Origin: Albugo candida
Taxonomy: Eukaryota
Direction of reading: 5' to 3'
NCBI GenBank assembly: GCA_040437565.1
Contig: JBDOQK010000005.1
Location: 124,001-188,000 of the forward strand
Length of the DNA stretch: 64,000 bases
Shown here: piece by piece, positions 11,726 to 24,221 of the stretch
How positions within the stretch are numbered: position 1 is the first letter of the stretch
Layout of the letters: each line of letters begins with the position of its first letter
Notes under the pieces: generated by a model
What the model was told of the DNA's origin: nothing
What the model saw: only the letters and a program-made list of their open reading frames with translations
The model's database searches: none
Program-made: the position numbers and the translations under genes

Positions 11726-12698
11726 GGGAATCGTTTTTAGCCCCCACCTTTTCTTTAATCAGCCCCCAGCCTCCATATATTAATGAACAGTGTGGCTTCT
11801 GATTGGTTCATATAAAAATAATAGAAAAAATAAAATAAAAATCACGGGAATCGTTATTCAGCCCCCACCCTCCATAAATTAATGTACATCGTGGCCTTCG
11901 ATTGGTCTTAATAAATGCAACGGAATAAATAATAATAATCGTGAAAAAATTTTTGCCTTCAGCAAATTTTGTACTTCTTTATCTAAGTCTATTTCTAAAT
12001 CTACTGCTGTAGGTGATGTTGGTGATGTTGGTGCTGTTGATGCTGCTGGTGTACTAGCCACCAATGCTGATTAAAATCATTACCAGACAGTGATACCACT
12101 TGATGACGAAAAGCATGGGCGCAAGGCTATTGTGAATGCAACAAGCTCATAAGTAAATTGAAGTTGCAGTCACTTGTAGTTGATGCCATATAATCACAAT
12201 TACTTGCACTTGATCAGAGTCTACAAAAGTTGAAATTCTCGGTCAACACCAAGTCGCCGCTGATATTGTAGATGAGCTGCGCGCAAAGAAAACTTTCCGT
12301 CACCTTCAAGAGCATGAAAACAAGCTGCATTTTGGACTATAGCTCGCTGCTTTGCAGTTGCTGCACAGTGACAGCAAGCTAGCCTTTGCAGGCGAGGCAA
12401 ACTGCGAAATCGACTGAGAGTAGATCACCTACGATGAATGAACAGTCAGATGAAATATGACTGTTGACAGCACAGCCAGCATACAATACAACTCAACTAT
12501 TGATACAGAGATCCATTTTTTGAGTACAAAATTTGTAATCTATTACTTCATGGAGGGTGGGGGCTGAATAACGATTCCCGTGATTTTACTTTTTTTATTC
12601 TGTGATTTTTGTATAAACCAATCAGAAGCCACGCTCTTCATTAATTTATGGAGGCTGAGGGCTGATTAAAGAAAAGGTGGGGGCGAATAATGTTTCCC
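11726..12698. mobile_element. MULE deletion derivative with ~150-bp TIRs
   Basis: 11726-11878 and ~12545-12698 are inverted copies, each with an internal repeat of GGGAATCGTT...AGCCCCCACC. A weak SWIM-like PCAHAF lies on the minus strand near 12110-12130. Confidence 0.85.
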
Positions 12699-12791
12699 AA
12701 AAAATATACCAATTTGATAAATAAATAAAAAAATATACCACGCTGTATACTATACGTACGGATATACACATTACGAATTCCAACAGCAACG

Positions 12792-13617
12792 ATGGAAAGC
12801 GAGGACGAAGAACAGCAAAGTAGCAACAGCTTCTTCAAGAACAAGAGTTATGCCAATTAGAGGGATATAATTCAAGAAGTAATTGAGTGCAACCGAGAAT
12901 GCAACCGTCCGTTTCGTATGGTGTCAAGTGACAAAATAAAGCAGTGTGCACACAACATGGCTGTTTCTTCGTTGTGCAGTTTGCCTTTTCGCAGACATTC
13001 AGCCCTCCAACGAGCTTTGTTTTGCACTCCTATGAAGCATCCGAATCGTCAAAGGCGTCTCGCAGATATACAACTGAGAAAAAAATTGCTTCAAATCCTG
13101 CATTCGAAGATATGGCCATAACATCCGGTAGGAAAGTGACTCCCGTGATGATACAAACGAAGTTGAGGAACGTAGGAATTTCCGCCACCATATATTAATT
13201 GTGCTCATGCACTCAAAAAGTAGTAGCTGGAGTTATACGGAAGTGATATTGATAAATTCTGCCTCATTCCAGCTGCACTAAACAGTCGAGGCCACGAAGC
13301 CAAGCTCGAAATCGTCGATGATAAACTCATGCGGTTGATCATTTTCCGGAAAGGGCTTCAATCATATAAGTCATACAGTGAGCGTGAAATATCCGTGGAC
13401 AGCACATTTATGAAGACATCGATCGGTGGAATTCTTCTTGTTGCGTGCTTTCGAAATGCAAGCAACAAGATCCAAATTGTTGGAGTTGGGCTCGTGTCGG
13501 TGGAGAATGAAGATGACTGGAGCTGGTTTTTGAAGTTCCTACTCTCTCACCTCCATACATCTCCATCATTTGTGATTCGGATAGAGATAAGGGACTTATG
13601 AAAGCTTTGCATACATC
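12792..13617 (+). pseudogene. MULE transposase pseudogene, 3'-truncated; same family as 4012-5999
   Basis: The translation includes RPFRMVSSD..CAH..GCFFVVQFAFS, ISVDSTFMKTSIGGILLVAC, ENEDDWSWFL and a frameshifted SDRDKGLMKAL. Stops are present. Confidence 0.85.
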
Positions 13618-13903
13618 GGCTAACCGGACACCCCCACACTCTCCTCACATATCTTTTATATGTTTTATATGTTTTATATGTTTTATATGTTTTATATGTT
13701 TTATATGTTTTANNNNNNNNNNNNNNNNNNNNNNNNNNNNNNNNNNNNNNNNNNNNNNNNNNNNNNNNNNNNNNNNNNNNNNNNNNNNNNNNNNNNNNNN
13801 NNNNNNNNNNNNACCTAAATAGGGGGGGGGGGGGTATAAAACATATGTGAGGAGAGCGGGGTGGTGTCCGGTTAGCAAAGGGGGTGTTCGGATAGCCGCT
13901 CCC
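13618..13903. mobile_element. Small inverted-repeat element containing a (TTTTATATG)n tandem repeat and an assembly gap
   Basis: GCTAACCGGACACC.CC...CTCTCCTCACATAT at ~13619 is inverted relative to ATATGTGAGGAGAG...GGTGTCCGGTTAGC at ~13843-13876. The 9-bp unit repeats about 6.5 times over 13654-13712, running into the gap. A related terminus sits at 8542-8583. Confidence 0.7.
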
Positions 13904-15929
13904 TTTCTATAATTCCTTCAATCAAATCGTTCTATATGTATTTGAAGAGACTTAATCACAGCAATTTATTCAAGCAAATGAGTCACGTCTGGAAATAAGC
14001 GATCACATCATTGACGCATGAAGGCAGAGAAATTGTTATACGAATACCTCTTCAGGATACCAGTTGGGTATGATATCGCACAGAGAGAGCCGCTCTTCAG
14101 GTCTAATATTACAGAAGTCCAACTTTCTATGCGTAATTCAATCAAACCTCTATGGGTGATAATCAACGTTTCTATATTCTTTAATTTTGATTCAGCAGCA
14201 ACCTCAGCGACTCTATTTGCATGACAGCATCCATGACTGTTCTGCATTATGATCCTTATTCAACTTAGCGCTTCCCAGTGATTTGGTAATGTCAACATTG
14301 GATTAGCTCAGAATATTCTGAATAGTTGACACCAAGTTCTTGCATGAAGAAATGCGGTTTGTTGCGGTGGTACCGGAGCAGACGACCAGACGGGTACGAG
14401 TTCGAAGATACTATGTCGTAGATCTATCCTTTCCAAGCTCACCAGTAAGTCGACGAGCATAATAGAATATGCGCACCTTACCGGCCGATCACTTGTCAAG
14501 TGAGTAGCAAGTCTTTCAAAGTGAGAATCATAAGATGATCATCTCCAGAGTGCCAAAGCTCGAATAGATTAAACTGGTTTGCATAGGGCTGATAACATTG
14601 GACGCGAAGAAATTAACTTCATGGTGCACTGTACTCAAATTCGGTTTCCACGATCCTTTTACACGAGCAAAGAAGATTGACATAGCACCCTGCTTAGGCG
14701 CAACTCATAAAAAATGGAATTGCGTGTAATATGTTGGTGAAATCCAGTCTTTTGTTGTATCATCCTCTACTCCTCTACTTGCACTGGAAGGATTGGCACT
14801 TACCGCCTACCTGCCAACAAGAGGGCATTTTTTCATACGACGCTGAGAGGCATTCCGGTATACTTGCTGAATCAGCAGCAGAGTAGCGTGTAGCGTATTG
14901 TCATCATCGTGTTACAGGCTTGAAGTTACTATAGTACGTCCACTTGAGGCGGATTGATTCCATGTTAGCTCAAGATGATATCAAGAAATAACACGTCACT
15001 AATCTGTATAGAAATAGAGGATGTCAACAAGACAAGCGTTTTACTTTCCATGAATATTCACGTGGAATAGTCGAATGACATGTGGGAAAAGAATGAAGCC
15101 AAACACAGGTCTTCCCTAGATGCAATATTTATGTGAGCCGCGATTGCGCGTCGGGTACTTGTTTCATGAAGATTGGACGGAATCGAGAATATAGAAACAG
15201 CGATCCAGTAAAATCAACGAGAACTCTTCAGCTTTGGCTCTTTGGAAGTACAAAACCCAGAGCCATCTTCCGTTTGGTTCAACATGGTGGAGACTGACTC
15301 TCCCTGGAGGCTTTCTCGATGGTTACTTCCCAGAAAACTCTTTGTGCGGATCATACCCAACTCGTGGTGCTTAGCGAGAATACTCCAAATACCAATGTAT
15401 GCTTCCTTCAGAATGNNNNNNNNNNNNNNNNNNNNNNNNNNNNNNNNNNNNNNNNNNNNNNNNNNNNNNNNNNNNNNNNNNNNNNNNNNNNNNNNNNNNN
15501 NNNNNNNNNNNNNNNGAATAGTCGAATGACATGTGGGAAAAGAATGAAGCCAAACACAGGTCTTCCCTAGATGCAATATTTATGTGAGCCGCGATTGCGC
15601 GTCGGGTACTTGTTTCATGAAGATTGGACGGAATCGAGAATATAGAAACAGCGATCCAGTAAAATCAACGAGAACTCTTCAGCTTTGGCTCTTTGGAAGT
15701 ACAAAACCCAGAGCCATCTTCCGTTTGGTTCAACATGGTGGAGACTGACTCTCCCTGGAGGCTTTCTCGATGGTTACTTCCCAGAAAACTCTTTGTGCGG
15801 ATCATACCCAACTCGTGGTGCTTAGCGAGAATACTCCAAATACCAATGTATGCTTCCTTCAGAATGAATGGTGATGCTTTAAACGAGATCCCCTTCATGA
15901 GTGGATCCAGATAGTATCACTGTAGTCAT

Positions 15930-16420
15930 TATAAACAAGCTCGTTGGTATAGTCTTTCTCCGCCGACGACAATAAGATGTTGCGGTGGGAAGCAAAATAT
16001 GCTGGTGCTGATCAGTAAGCATGGGTTTATCGGTAGTAACGTGATAGTAAATCACACATTAGCAGCTTTCAATGAAAGCTCCGAGTTTCTGAAATAAGAA
16101 GATGACTTCTCAAACTTGGGCTGCTCCTTGATGGATTCGACTGTTGCCACACACCAGCATGAGTGCAAAGGATCACGAATCTAGTGGTAGTGCAGTGCAG
16201 GCTTTGTATCTGAAGTCCATAGGCAGGATTTTGCAAGTCACCATTATTTCCATCTCCTCCGGTTCCAGCAGGCATGAATTCACGTTTCTAGTGCTACAAA
16301 TTGATATATGTAGTGCCATGGAGGTTCCGAGCAGTATACATGCTGACTTTTGATTTCTGGCCGAAGAATTTGTCGGAACTTTCACGCATCACGTATTCCT
16401 GGATTGCAACATGCAACCTC
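15930..16420 (-). mobile_element. Possible highly decayed Ty3/gypsy RT-RNase H remnant
   Basis: Only weak motifs are visible: PAYFASHR..LSSAEKDYT (cf. PIAFASR.LS.AEKNY) and FVILCTHA (cf. F.L.TDAS). Confidence 0.3.
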
Positions 16421-16772
16421 GTTACTACGGTATGCGGTGGGTAAATAATGCATCATGTATGAGGTAAACAAAGTGGCGATCAGGGACACAATTTAGTGTC
16501 GCAAAGGATTGCGCAAGTCAGCCATGGGATACTTTACCTATTTGAAAGGAAGGAAAAAGAAGTCACCCCATCATACCAGTGTAAATCATCAAAAATTCTT
16601 AAAAATCGATTTACGACGTGCAATTGCTCAAACTAATTTTGTAAAAGAAGGTACTAGCTGGTCTACTTATACTGCGTTCCGCTAACATACACCGATATGA
16701 GCTAAAAACTTCTCGGGTATACATGTAAAGCCACACAAAACAAAAGAAAAATGCTAGCATTGTGGAGATCAT

Positions 16773-18146
16773 TCAGTCTAGAATGGAATCTTTCACCTCA
16801 GGCTTCCAATCCAATCGTGAGGCTCGACCACCACGTAAGATTTTTGAAGCCCATCGACCAATGTTACGACGTCTCTGAAAAAGAATTGTCGTCAAATGAA
16901 CAATTCAAGTGATGTATAGTCAGCATTACGTGTATATAGATTTTTGCCGTCCCCCAGCTCGTCTTCACTTGTTCGCTTTTTACAACTTCAAAAAGAGCGG
17001 ATTGCAAGATTTGACTTGCCGTTATGACGTAGCTTCCTTGCTTAAGCTTCTCCGCGACCAGCGATATTGACCTCCAATCACTGTACAGCGTGTCAGAATA
17101 ATTTCTAATTGGAATAAATGCACTACCTATCACTAAAGCAAGTTGCATGACAAAAAACAATTGTGCCGTCGGTCCAATCCTTTTCTAGAAATGATCCATA
17201 CCAAAATTCGATCGAGGAGGCAAGACAATTATTTTTGGTTAAATTCCTGAGCTTCACCGCTCTTTTCTTTGCGAATGTGTTTAACGGCTTTGGGAGATTT
17301 TTCAGCGATTTATAGACATTCGAGTGAATCATCGCACCTCCAACGCCTCAATGCCAATAACCTTGTCGAAATTATATAGAAGACTTGCTGCAATTACAGC
17401 TTTTCCAGTTCCTGAGCCCTATGGGAATATAAGCGTTCATGCACTAAAGCGTAAGATTACTGTAGGGCACCACCAAATCATAAAAGACCGCCTCGTTCTT
17501 CATTATTGATCCTTGTCGAATGACCCACTGTAACACGTCTACGAATGCAAAGAAATCGATTTCTCCATAAATCTAACAATGACAATTCAAAATGTGGTCA
17601 AGAGCATTTCCGCAACCGCAAAAGAAGAGCAGTCCCGACATAAGACGATTCGTTAATGTTTGCATCTTCGCGTGCTTGCATTGAAAGTTCTTTTCCGTAC
17701 TGTTGAATCAATAAAATAAATAAATATTAGCCAGGTACGAATTACAACATACCTCACTTCCAAACCCATGATAGACTTTTGAGAAAAACTGAAAAGGTTG
17801 CTCATACAGAATTGTTAGAGCAAAATCTTGTACTTTCATATTTTCTAGTTCTGCTTTGGCGGAATCCGGAATCAAAGATTTTATTTTCTCTAGCGCGTTG
17901 CTATCTTTTAGTATCTGTTGTCCTTTCGGTTCCTGTAACAATTGGGCCACCTCCTTGCGTACATATGTCGAGAGCTGCAGTAGCTACATTCGAGCGGATG
18001 ATGATATGTAATTGTCGACGTGAAAGATGCAATGCATTTACCTGTTGCCAATCTTCATCATTTGGGTCGTATTTTTGGCACTTAGTCGCTTGCTGACTGA
18101 ACGCAAGCAGGATTTTATCAAAGTTGTCGAAGCCCGAAAACGACAT
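16773..18146 (-). CDS. DOT1-like class I SAM-dependent methyltransferase, 8 exons, ~329 aa
   Basis: Exons 18146-18042, 17983-17753, 17699-17640, 17572-17474, 17418-17338, 17287-17127, 17080-16930 and 16874-16773 join in frame via seven GT-AG introns. The protein contains YIYGEIDF, motif I VFYDLGSGTGK, IGIE, GSFLEKDW, VFCHATCF, LKQGSYVIT and TSWG. Confidence 0.85.
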
Positions 18147-21100
18147 TTTCAATGGTCTGTGAACACCAGTAATTAATAAACCCTTTTTATTGATAAGCTT
18201 TCTATCACATCCAAGGTCGAGGTCTACTCGGCGATACGCTCTCGTGATTTGTGTACTTCGATGCATGGTCTTGTAAATGAATTGCATTCCACGGTTGTGA
18301 TGTTACAGAAGTCTAGTTGAGGGTAAGAAGCTGTACAGGGGAAGTCGAGTGAGAGTCAGTCTCATTGTAACAAGCCAGTGCTGAAAAGTTCTTAAGCAGA
18401 GTTGATTGTCAGTGTCTTGAAGCAAAGTTTCTAGAGGATAGTACTGGCGTTTTTCAGCCGTTAACTGGTGGCGTGCAAAGTTCCAACAGCAACTGCATTA
18501 TATTTCAAATACTTCGCAGACTTAGTGGATCGATCTCTGAATGATAAGAGAAATTAATAAGAGAAATTACATACGTCGAAGCAGAAATTATGTTGCCGCA
18601 AAACCTTGGAGTTGGAATGAAATCCTGGTCGGAATGTCTCTCCCGATTTGCTTCTGCTACAAATCGTCAGCAGTTCAGCACCGTGCCTGATAGCTTATAG
18701 GGACATTCGTGTTAGGTGAACAGCTGTAAAAATGTGCTAAGATTCAGTTCATGTGATTCCACAATCTATTACAGAAGAAAAAGGATGAACGGTCGATTGT
18801 TCTTCCAGCAGTTTCTCTTGTCTTGCAATGAGTTTATGCGAAGCATCGTTTTCTGAAAAAGCCTACCGCAGTACATGATAACATGCTCCCTAGTGTAAAA
18901 TCAGTTATTCAAAAAGGGTTGAAGCGACGCTCCGAGATAAGAATGATTGCTGGTGTGGCTAACATGGTTGTTTGGGCTTGATACCGGACTTCAACTCTTC
19001 AGGGCTGTTGGTGGAGCATTTGTACGATAGTGCATGGTAGACAAAAATATTTATTTGAGAGGTACTATGTCGGCAAAATACTCTCAAGCCAAAAGCAAAT
19101 AGATAGGAAAGCAAAGTTTCATCGGCCCCATTATGGAGCCATTCAGACGCCAACACATCTCCTTTCAAAATAAAAACATACATCCTTGTGATACCGTCGT
19201 ATTTCAGGCCATATAATTGTCCCAAAGAATTCTTCCGAATGGCTCAATTTGCAAAACGCGCGCGCTTCAAGCAGCTGGACGAGGTCAGCGCCCTATCGGG
19301 GATGACATACGGTCAATATGCATTTACAATGCAGTGGGCTGATCCAAGGTGGTTGTCTGTCACGTACGTGTCCATTGCACACTTTTGGCGTGTTATCCGG
19401 CTCCTATGCCTCTAATATTCTTCTCTAAACGAACATTGTAAAAATTATTGAGGTCTATTGTGTTCCGACTAAACTAGAGTTTCACACAGTATTGTAACAA
19501 CAGCATCGATCTACATTTGCAAGTGGGGGCAGTCACATTATATTACGCGGAGCCTGTAGTCTATCGCCAATCCGGCTTGTTTACTTTATCCATCCTCTAT
19601 GATTGTATATGTTTGTTCTGCCGACGCACTACAACGGGTTACCCACGCGGAGCTAAATGTCAACGTAGTATCAAAATACCCGCTATCAGCGGTTGATAAA
19701 TCCGTCAAAGTGTGTCCATACCGCAGAACAAGATTTTCCGGTTCAAGCGACTATGCGTGATAACACAAATCCTGCAGCATAGCACATACGTCGAAAGTAC
19801 CATAGCGTGATTGAAAATATGTAAGTAGTTTTAGTCGGAGAAACATTCTGTCACCAATACTGAAATTTATGATGAACTCCTTCCTTCTCGATGAGACTGT
19901 TTGACAGCGTGTATATGCTGTAACGAGATATTTAGACATACTGACACTATATTTTACACCACATCTTGCTTGCACGTATCTTTGAAGTTGATACTTCTTA
20001 TCGAGGTCCAGGTAGTGAAGAAGACTTACACTGACTCGTGCTGAATCTTTGACATAACTTCAGCCGAGCGGCTATGCNNNNNNNNNNNNNNNNNNNNNNN
20101 NNNNNNNNNNNNNNNNNNNNNNNNNNNNNNNNNNNNNNNNNNNNNNNNNNNNNNNNNNNNNNNNNNNNNNNNNNNNNCTGAAATTTATGATGAACTCCTT
20201 CCTTCTCGATGAGACTGTTTGACAGCGTGTATATGCTGTAACGAGATATTTAGACATACTGACACTATATTTTACACCACATCTTGCTTGCACGTATCTT
20301 TGAAGTTGATACTTCTTATCGAGGTCCAGGTAGTGAAGAAGACTTACACTGACTCGTGCTGAATCTTTGACATAACTTCAGCCGAGCGGCTATGCAGTAT
20401 GCACAAACCTCAACGAATGCACATACACGCCTCCAATTCTGCTCATTGTCATCATCACTCGAAGTTTGACAATGTTCCCAGAATATGTAATGTTATATAG
20501 CGTGATTGCTCCAATTTCTCGACTTAACTAGGTGTTATTCTTTGAAGCCTTGACCCACATAAGCGAAGAATTTTGGAAGGGGAGTCTGGTAACTCTAAGT
20601 ATCATGCATGGAATTATCGAGCAAAATTGCAACTTAGAATCTTGCTCTGCATTGATCGCTGCGAATAGAGCAGGTATCAAGCAGCCAAAGGGGGTAAAAG
20701 GGTGAAAGGGGTAGACGTTAGAACTAGCGGCTTGCACTACGATGATGCCAGCTGTGTACTACATTTGCATCTTTCTGCGATGAGTAGGGCTTCTACTCTC
20801 GTTTGGGACGACTGATGTTTAAAATCAGCTAGGCAACAGCAGCATAGTGCGTGCTAGAGATTGAGGAATATGCTTACGCGGAGAACACGATTTTGCTATG
20901 AGCCGATAAAAGCGCTTCAAAACATGCCTAAATGCGTAAAGCATCAAACGAGAAGTACTTCACTTAGATTGGAGCAGATGCTCAGCTGACCCGCTCGCTG
21001 CTGCCTTCAAACTGAATACTTACTTGCGTTCAAATATGTCGATTAGCGTATCGCAAGCGCGCAAAGTATGAGAAGGGCATCGCTCTACTCACTGCTGCAA

Positions 21101-21695
21101 TCATTCTGGAGGGCAATAAAATCTCGAAGTTAACATTGACGATGCTGTCAGCTCGATACGATGTCAGAAAGCTAGGGCTTAGCCTAAAAGGGAATAAACA
21201 CGAACTCCTAGACAATAGATATCATCTCTTGATATTTTCTGGCCACTGCCAGTATTAGTTTCGCGCGAGACATTCATTACTGACTAATTGTTTGATGATT
21301 ACACTCTCAAATCCTCTTTTCGAATCGCTTTGACTTCTCCTTATAAAATTATTTTCAAAGCTCCAATATTGCAAACACATTAGGAGTCTCGTTAGGTGTG
21401 CATATATCTGAGAGTTGAGACCGTTGTCTTTTCAGATGATTTGTGCTGACGTGCTGAAATTATTGCTTCATATTGAAAATAATAAGGCTAGTGCCAAAGT
21501 ATTTACAGTTATAAGATAGCATTTACGAACTCGCTCCGATTGCTGAGTGATGTTCGTAATGTGGGCGTTTGCCTATTTGGAGATTATGCTGATGGCTACA
21601 TTGCTTTCCCAGCATTAATCACCTCTTTGAAAACATACCCTCTTCATTGGCAATAAATCTATACCACGTATGTAATATAGCGATTCATCGAATCG

Positions 21696-23817
21696 ATGGC
21701 GATGTATACAAAAATGACAGCAACAGGATCTTCTTTGATCGTGGCTCCGCGATCAATATCAAGAGATTTAGAGTCGAGAATATCACAATCAATAGCCAAT
21801 ATAATGAGTAAGCACGACATTTCGAAGTTGACGACAAAATTCGTTCGACAAACAGTAGAAAAAGATGTTCATGTGAGTCTGAACAACCACAAAGAGGTAT
21901 TAAAGCGTCTCATGCATCAGGAATTGCGAAAAATACGAGCTCAAAAGGTTTTTCGGCTATTCTTATTATTTTTCTTACAAGTTATGAAAAATCATACCGT
22001 CGTAGGTAGCCAAACGAGTGGTTCCTGCTCCGTGGCGTCTGTCACAACGTCGTCAAAGTGTCAAAACCGCTTTGAATTATATATACAGAATACTGTTAAG
22101 TGACTCTGCTCAATTTGAGGCATTCAGTCTACACGCGATTCAGTTTTATCACGATATACAAATTGTGGAAAATGGTGATATACAAGAATCATGTGTGCTA
22201 TATGCTCGACTGCTAAGCTCTATATGGCTCAAATCGGAGCGTTTGAATGATTTCAGATGGGATCCAGACTCTGTTCCATCTCCAGAACAGGTGAAGAGCA
22301 AGTTGAAGCTTTACATAACTGATTATTTGGTATATTGGCTGTCTTGACTAGGTTGTGGAATTGATCCGGTCCGTCTTCACCCTCGAACGAGTTGGTCTAT
22401 CTCATATGTATCGATCCGCTCTTCTTGCATTCTTTGATAAGAATCCTCCTGCATTCAGCTCTATGGTATAAAAGCTGATGAATTATCTTCCAAAAATATT
22501 CAACAACTTGCTATCACTTTAGCATTATCTGGGATGGAGCCCATCGCTTGGGCCTCCATCGTCTTCTGATCCCGAAAAGTCGATATACGATCAAGTAGCG
22601 CAAGCAATTTTGCTCACATTTTTTGCGCATGCATTGAATATTTCCATCGGATGCACAACTACTCAGGTAAGTACTTCCGTGCAAGCGCGCATTTCCCCAC
22701 AGATTGCTGACATATATGGCTCCAGATCTTCCAATACATTCCAGATTTTTACCCATACAAGTCACATACAGAATTATCCATTAGTGAATATCGTTCCCAA
22801 TTTCATTTGATATATCTGGTCGTTATGGTTGTGACGGATTTTGGAGCGTTACGATGCGATCAGGTGACCGCGTTGCTCATTTCAAAAAATTGAGCAACTT
22901 TTCACATTAATATTCGTAGGAAATATTACCACACGAGTATCACTATCTACGAAGCCAAATCCCATGGCTGATTGTTCGGCAAGATCTCGCGTTACTTGGC
23001 GAAGCTGTCCGCGTAAGTATGCTATTCTATTTCTTGTTGAATATTCGATATACATTGATGCGATGCTATATAGTCGCTAAACTGCTTTCCTGGTACAGAC
23101 CACAGAGACCTTGTTCGTCGAGCTAGCGCGATGTTATTGACATCTCAACAAGAGGATGGATCTTGGAAGTCAGTCAATGAGAACGACATGCGAGAAACAT
23201 ATCACACGACAATAAGCGCTTTGACTGCATTGATCCAGCCTAGATGGACTGGATTCGCACCCTCAATACCCGAACTCACTCCATTATTAGAGACAAATCT
23301 TAGTGCAATTATTGAATCCATCACAAAGAATAAAAATGCATTACGTCCTAGTAAGTATGTATCAAGTCCAGTCCGAAATAAAACACGTCCAACAGGCGGC
23401 TTCGGTCCACATCCAAAGCAAATCTCTCTTGATGCTCGATTATCACATGATACTCGGTCCAATAAAGCGAATAGCCTGAAGCGCACAAATTCTGATAGTT
23501 CCTCCAGCAATTCATCCAAAAGTGTACAAAATACACCGTCCTCGATTCCAGATCAAGAACTGCTAGAAGACTTGGACAAGCAAGTAAAATCGTTGCAATG
23601 CATGTTGATTGACGCAGAAGAGGTCAAGGATATTTCTTCATCTTTGGCCCTCCATGTCCTGAAGACACTTTCTGGAATGACACTCAATGTGGAAGTTCTC
23701 AAAAGCACAGGCCTTGGTCGGACCATCAGCAAATTGAAGAAACACAAAGATGGTGAAGTTTCAAGATCGGCGCAAATTCTCATCAAAAAGTGGAAAAAGG
23801 ATTTTTTCGAAGCTTGA
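21696..23817 (+). CDS. Multi-exon protein: N-terminal DEK-C-like domain, central helical domain with QW (prenyltransferase/squalene-cyclase-like) motif, C-terminal TFIIS N-terminal (TND) domain
   Basis: Seven exons join in frame through GT-AG introns. Motifs are ISKLTTKFVRQTVEKDVHVSLNNHKEVLK (DEK-C-like), LLTSQQEDGSW (QW repeat) and LNVEVLKSTGLGRTISKLKKHKDGEVSRSAQILIKKWK (TFIIS-N). Confidence 0.8.
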
Positions 23818-24221
23818 GAGAAAAAATGTCAAATTACTCGGAATTGTGGAATTTTAAGCATCAGTCTAGATTACAAGATTTAACATCATCCAAAAAAATT
23901 ATGAGCTCACAATCTTCTCACAATGATTATAGTTGCTCGCTGCAAGTGAAGTTTTCGTCGCTGAAATTGGCTTGATTCGTAACTTGATACAGATTATGCG
24001 GATTATAGACTCGATTCGTATGCCTCTAAGTGGAAATTGAAGGCTTATTAGCTTGTGTTATCAAATCGGCGCTACAAAGCGATAGGAGACAAACTATGAG
24101 GATTTCTGATCATTGTCAGAATCGCCAGATGCGCATGCATTGTTGATGTATGTTACAAACTCACCCGACGAGCGCATTATCGTTTATTTAATTTACACGA
24201 CCACTGCTTGTAATATCTGAT

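Noticed and set aside
13598-13878. ORFs with ICF/KHI repeats
   Set aside because: They are translations of a 9-bp tandem repeat running into an N gap.
18900-20750. Possible copia pol remnant (QLYGLK at ~19200, minus strand)
   Set aside because: Only one short motif is present, and I could not find the other RT or integrase motifs in order.
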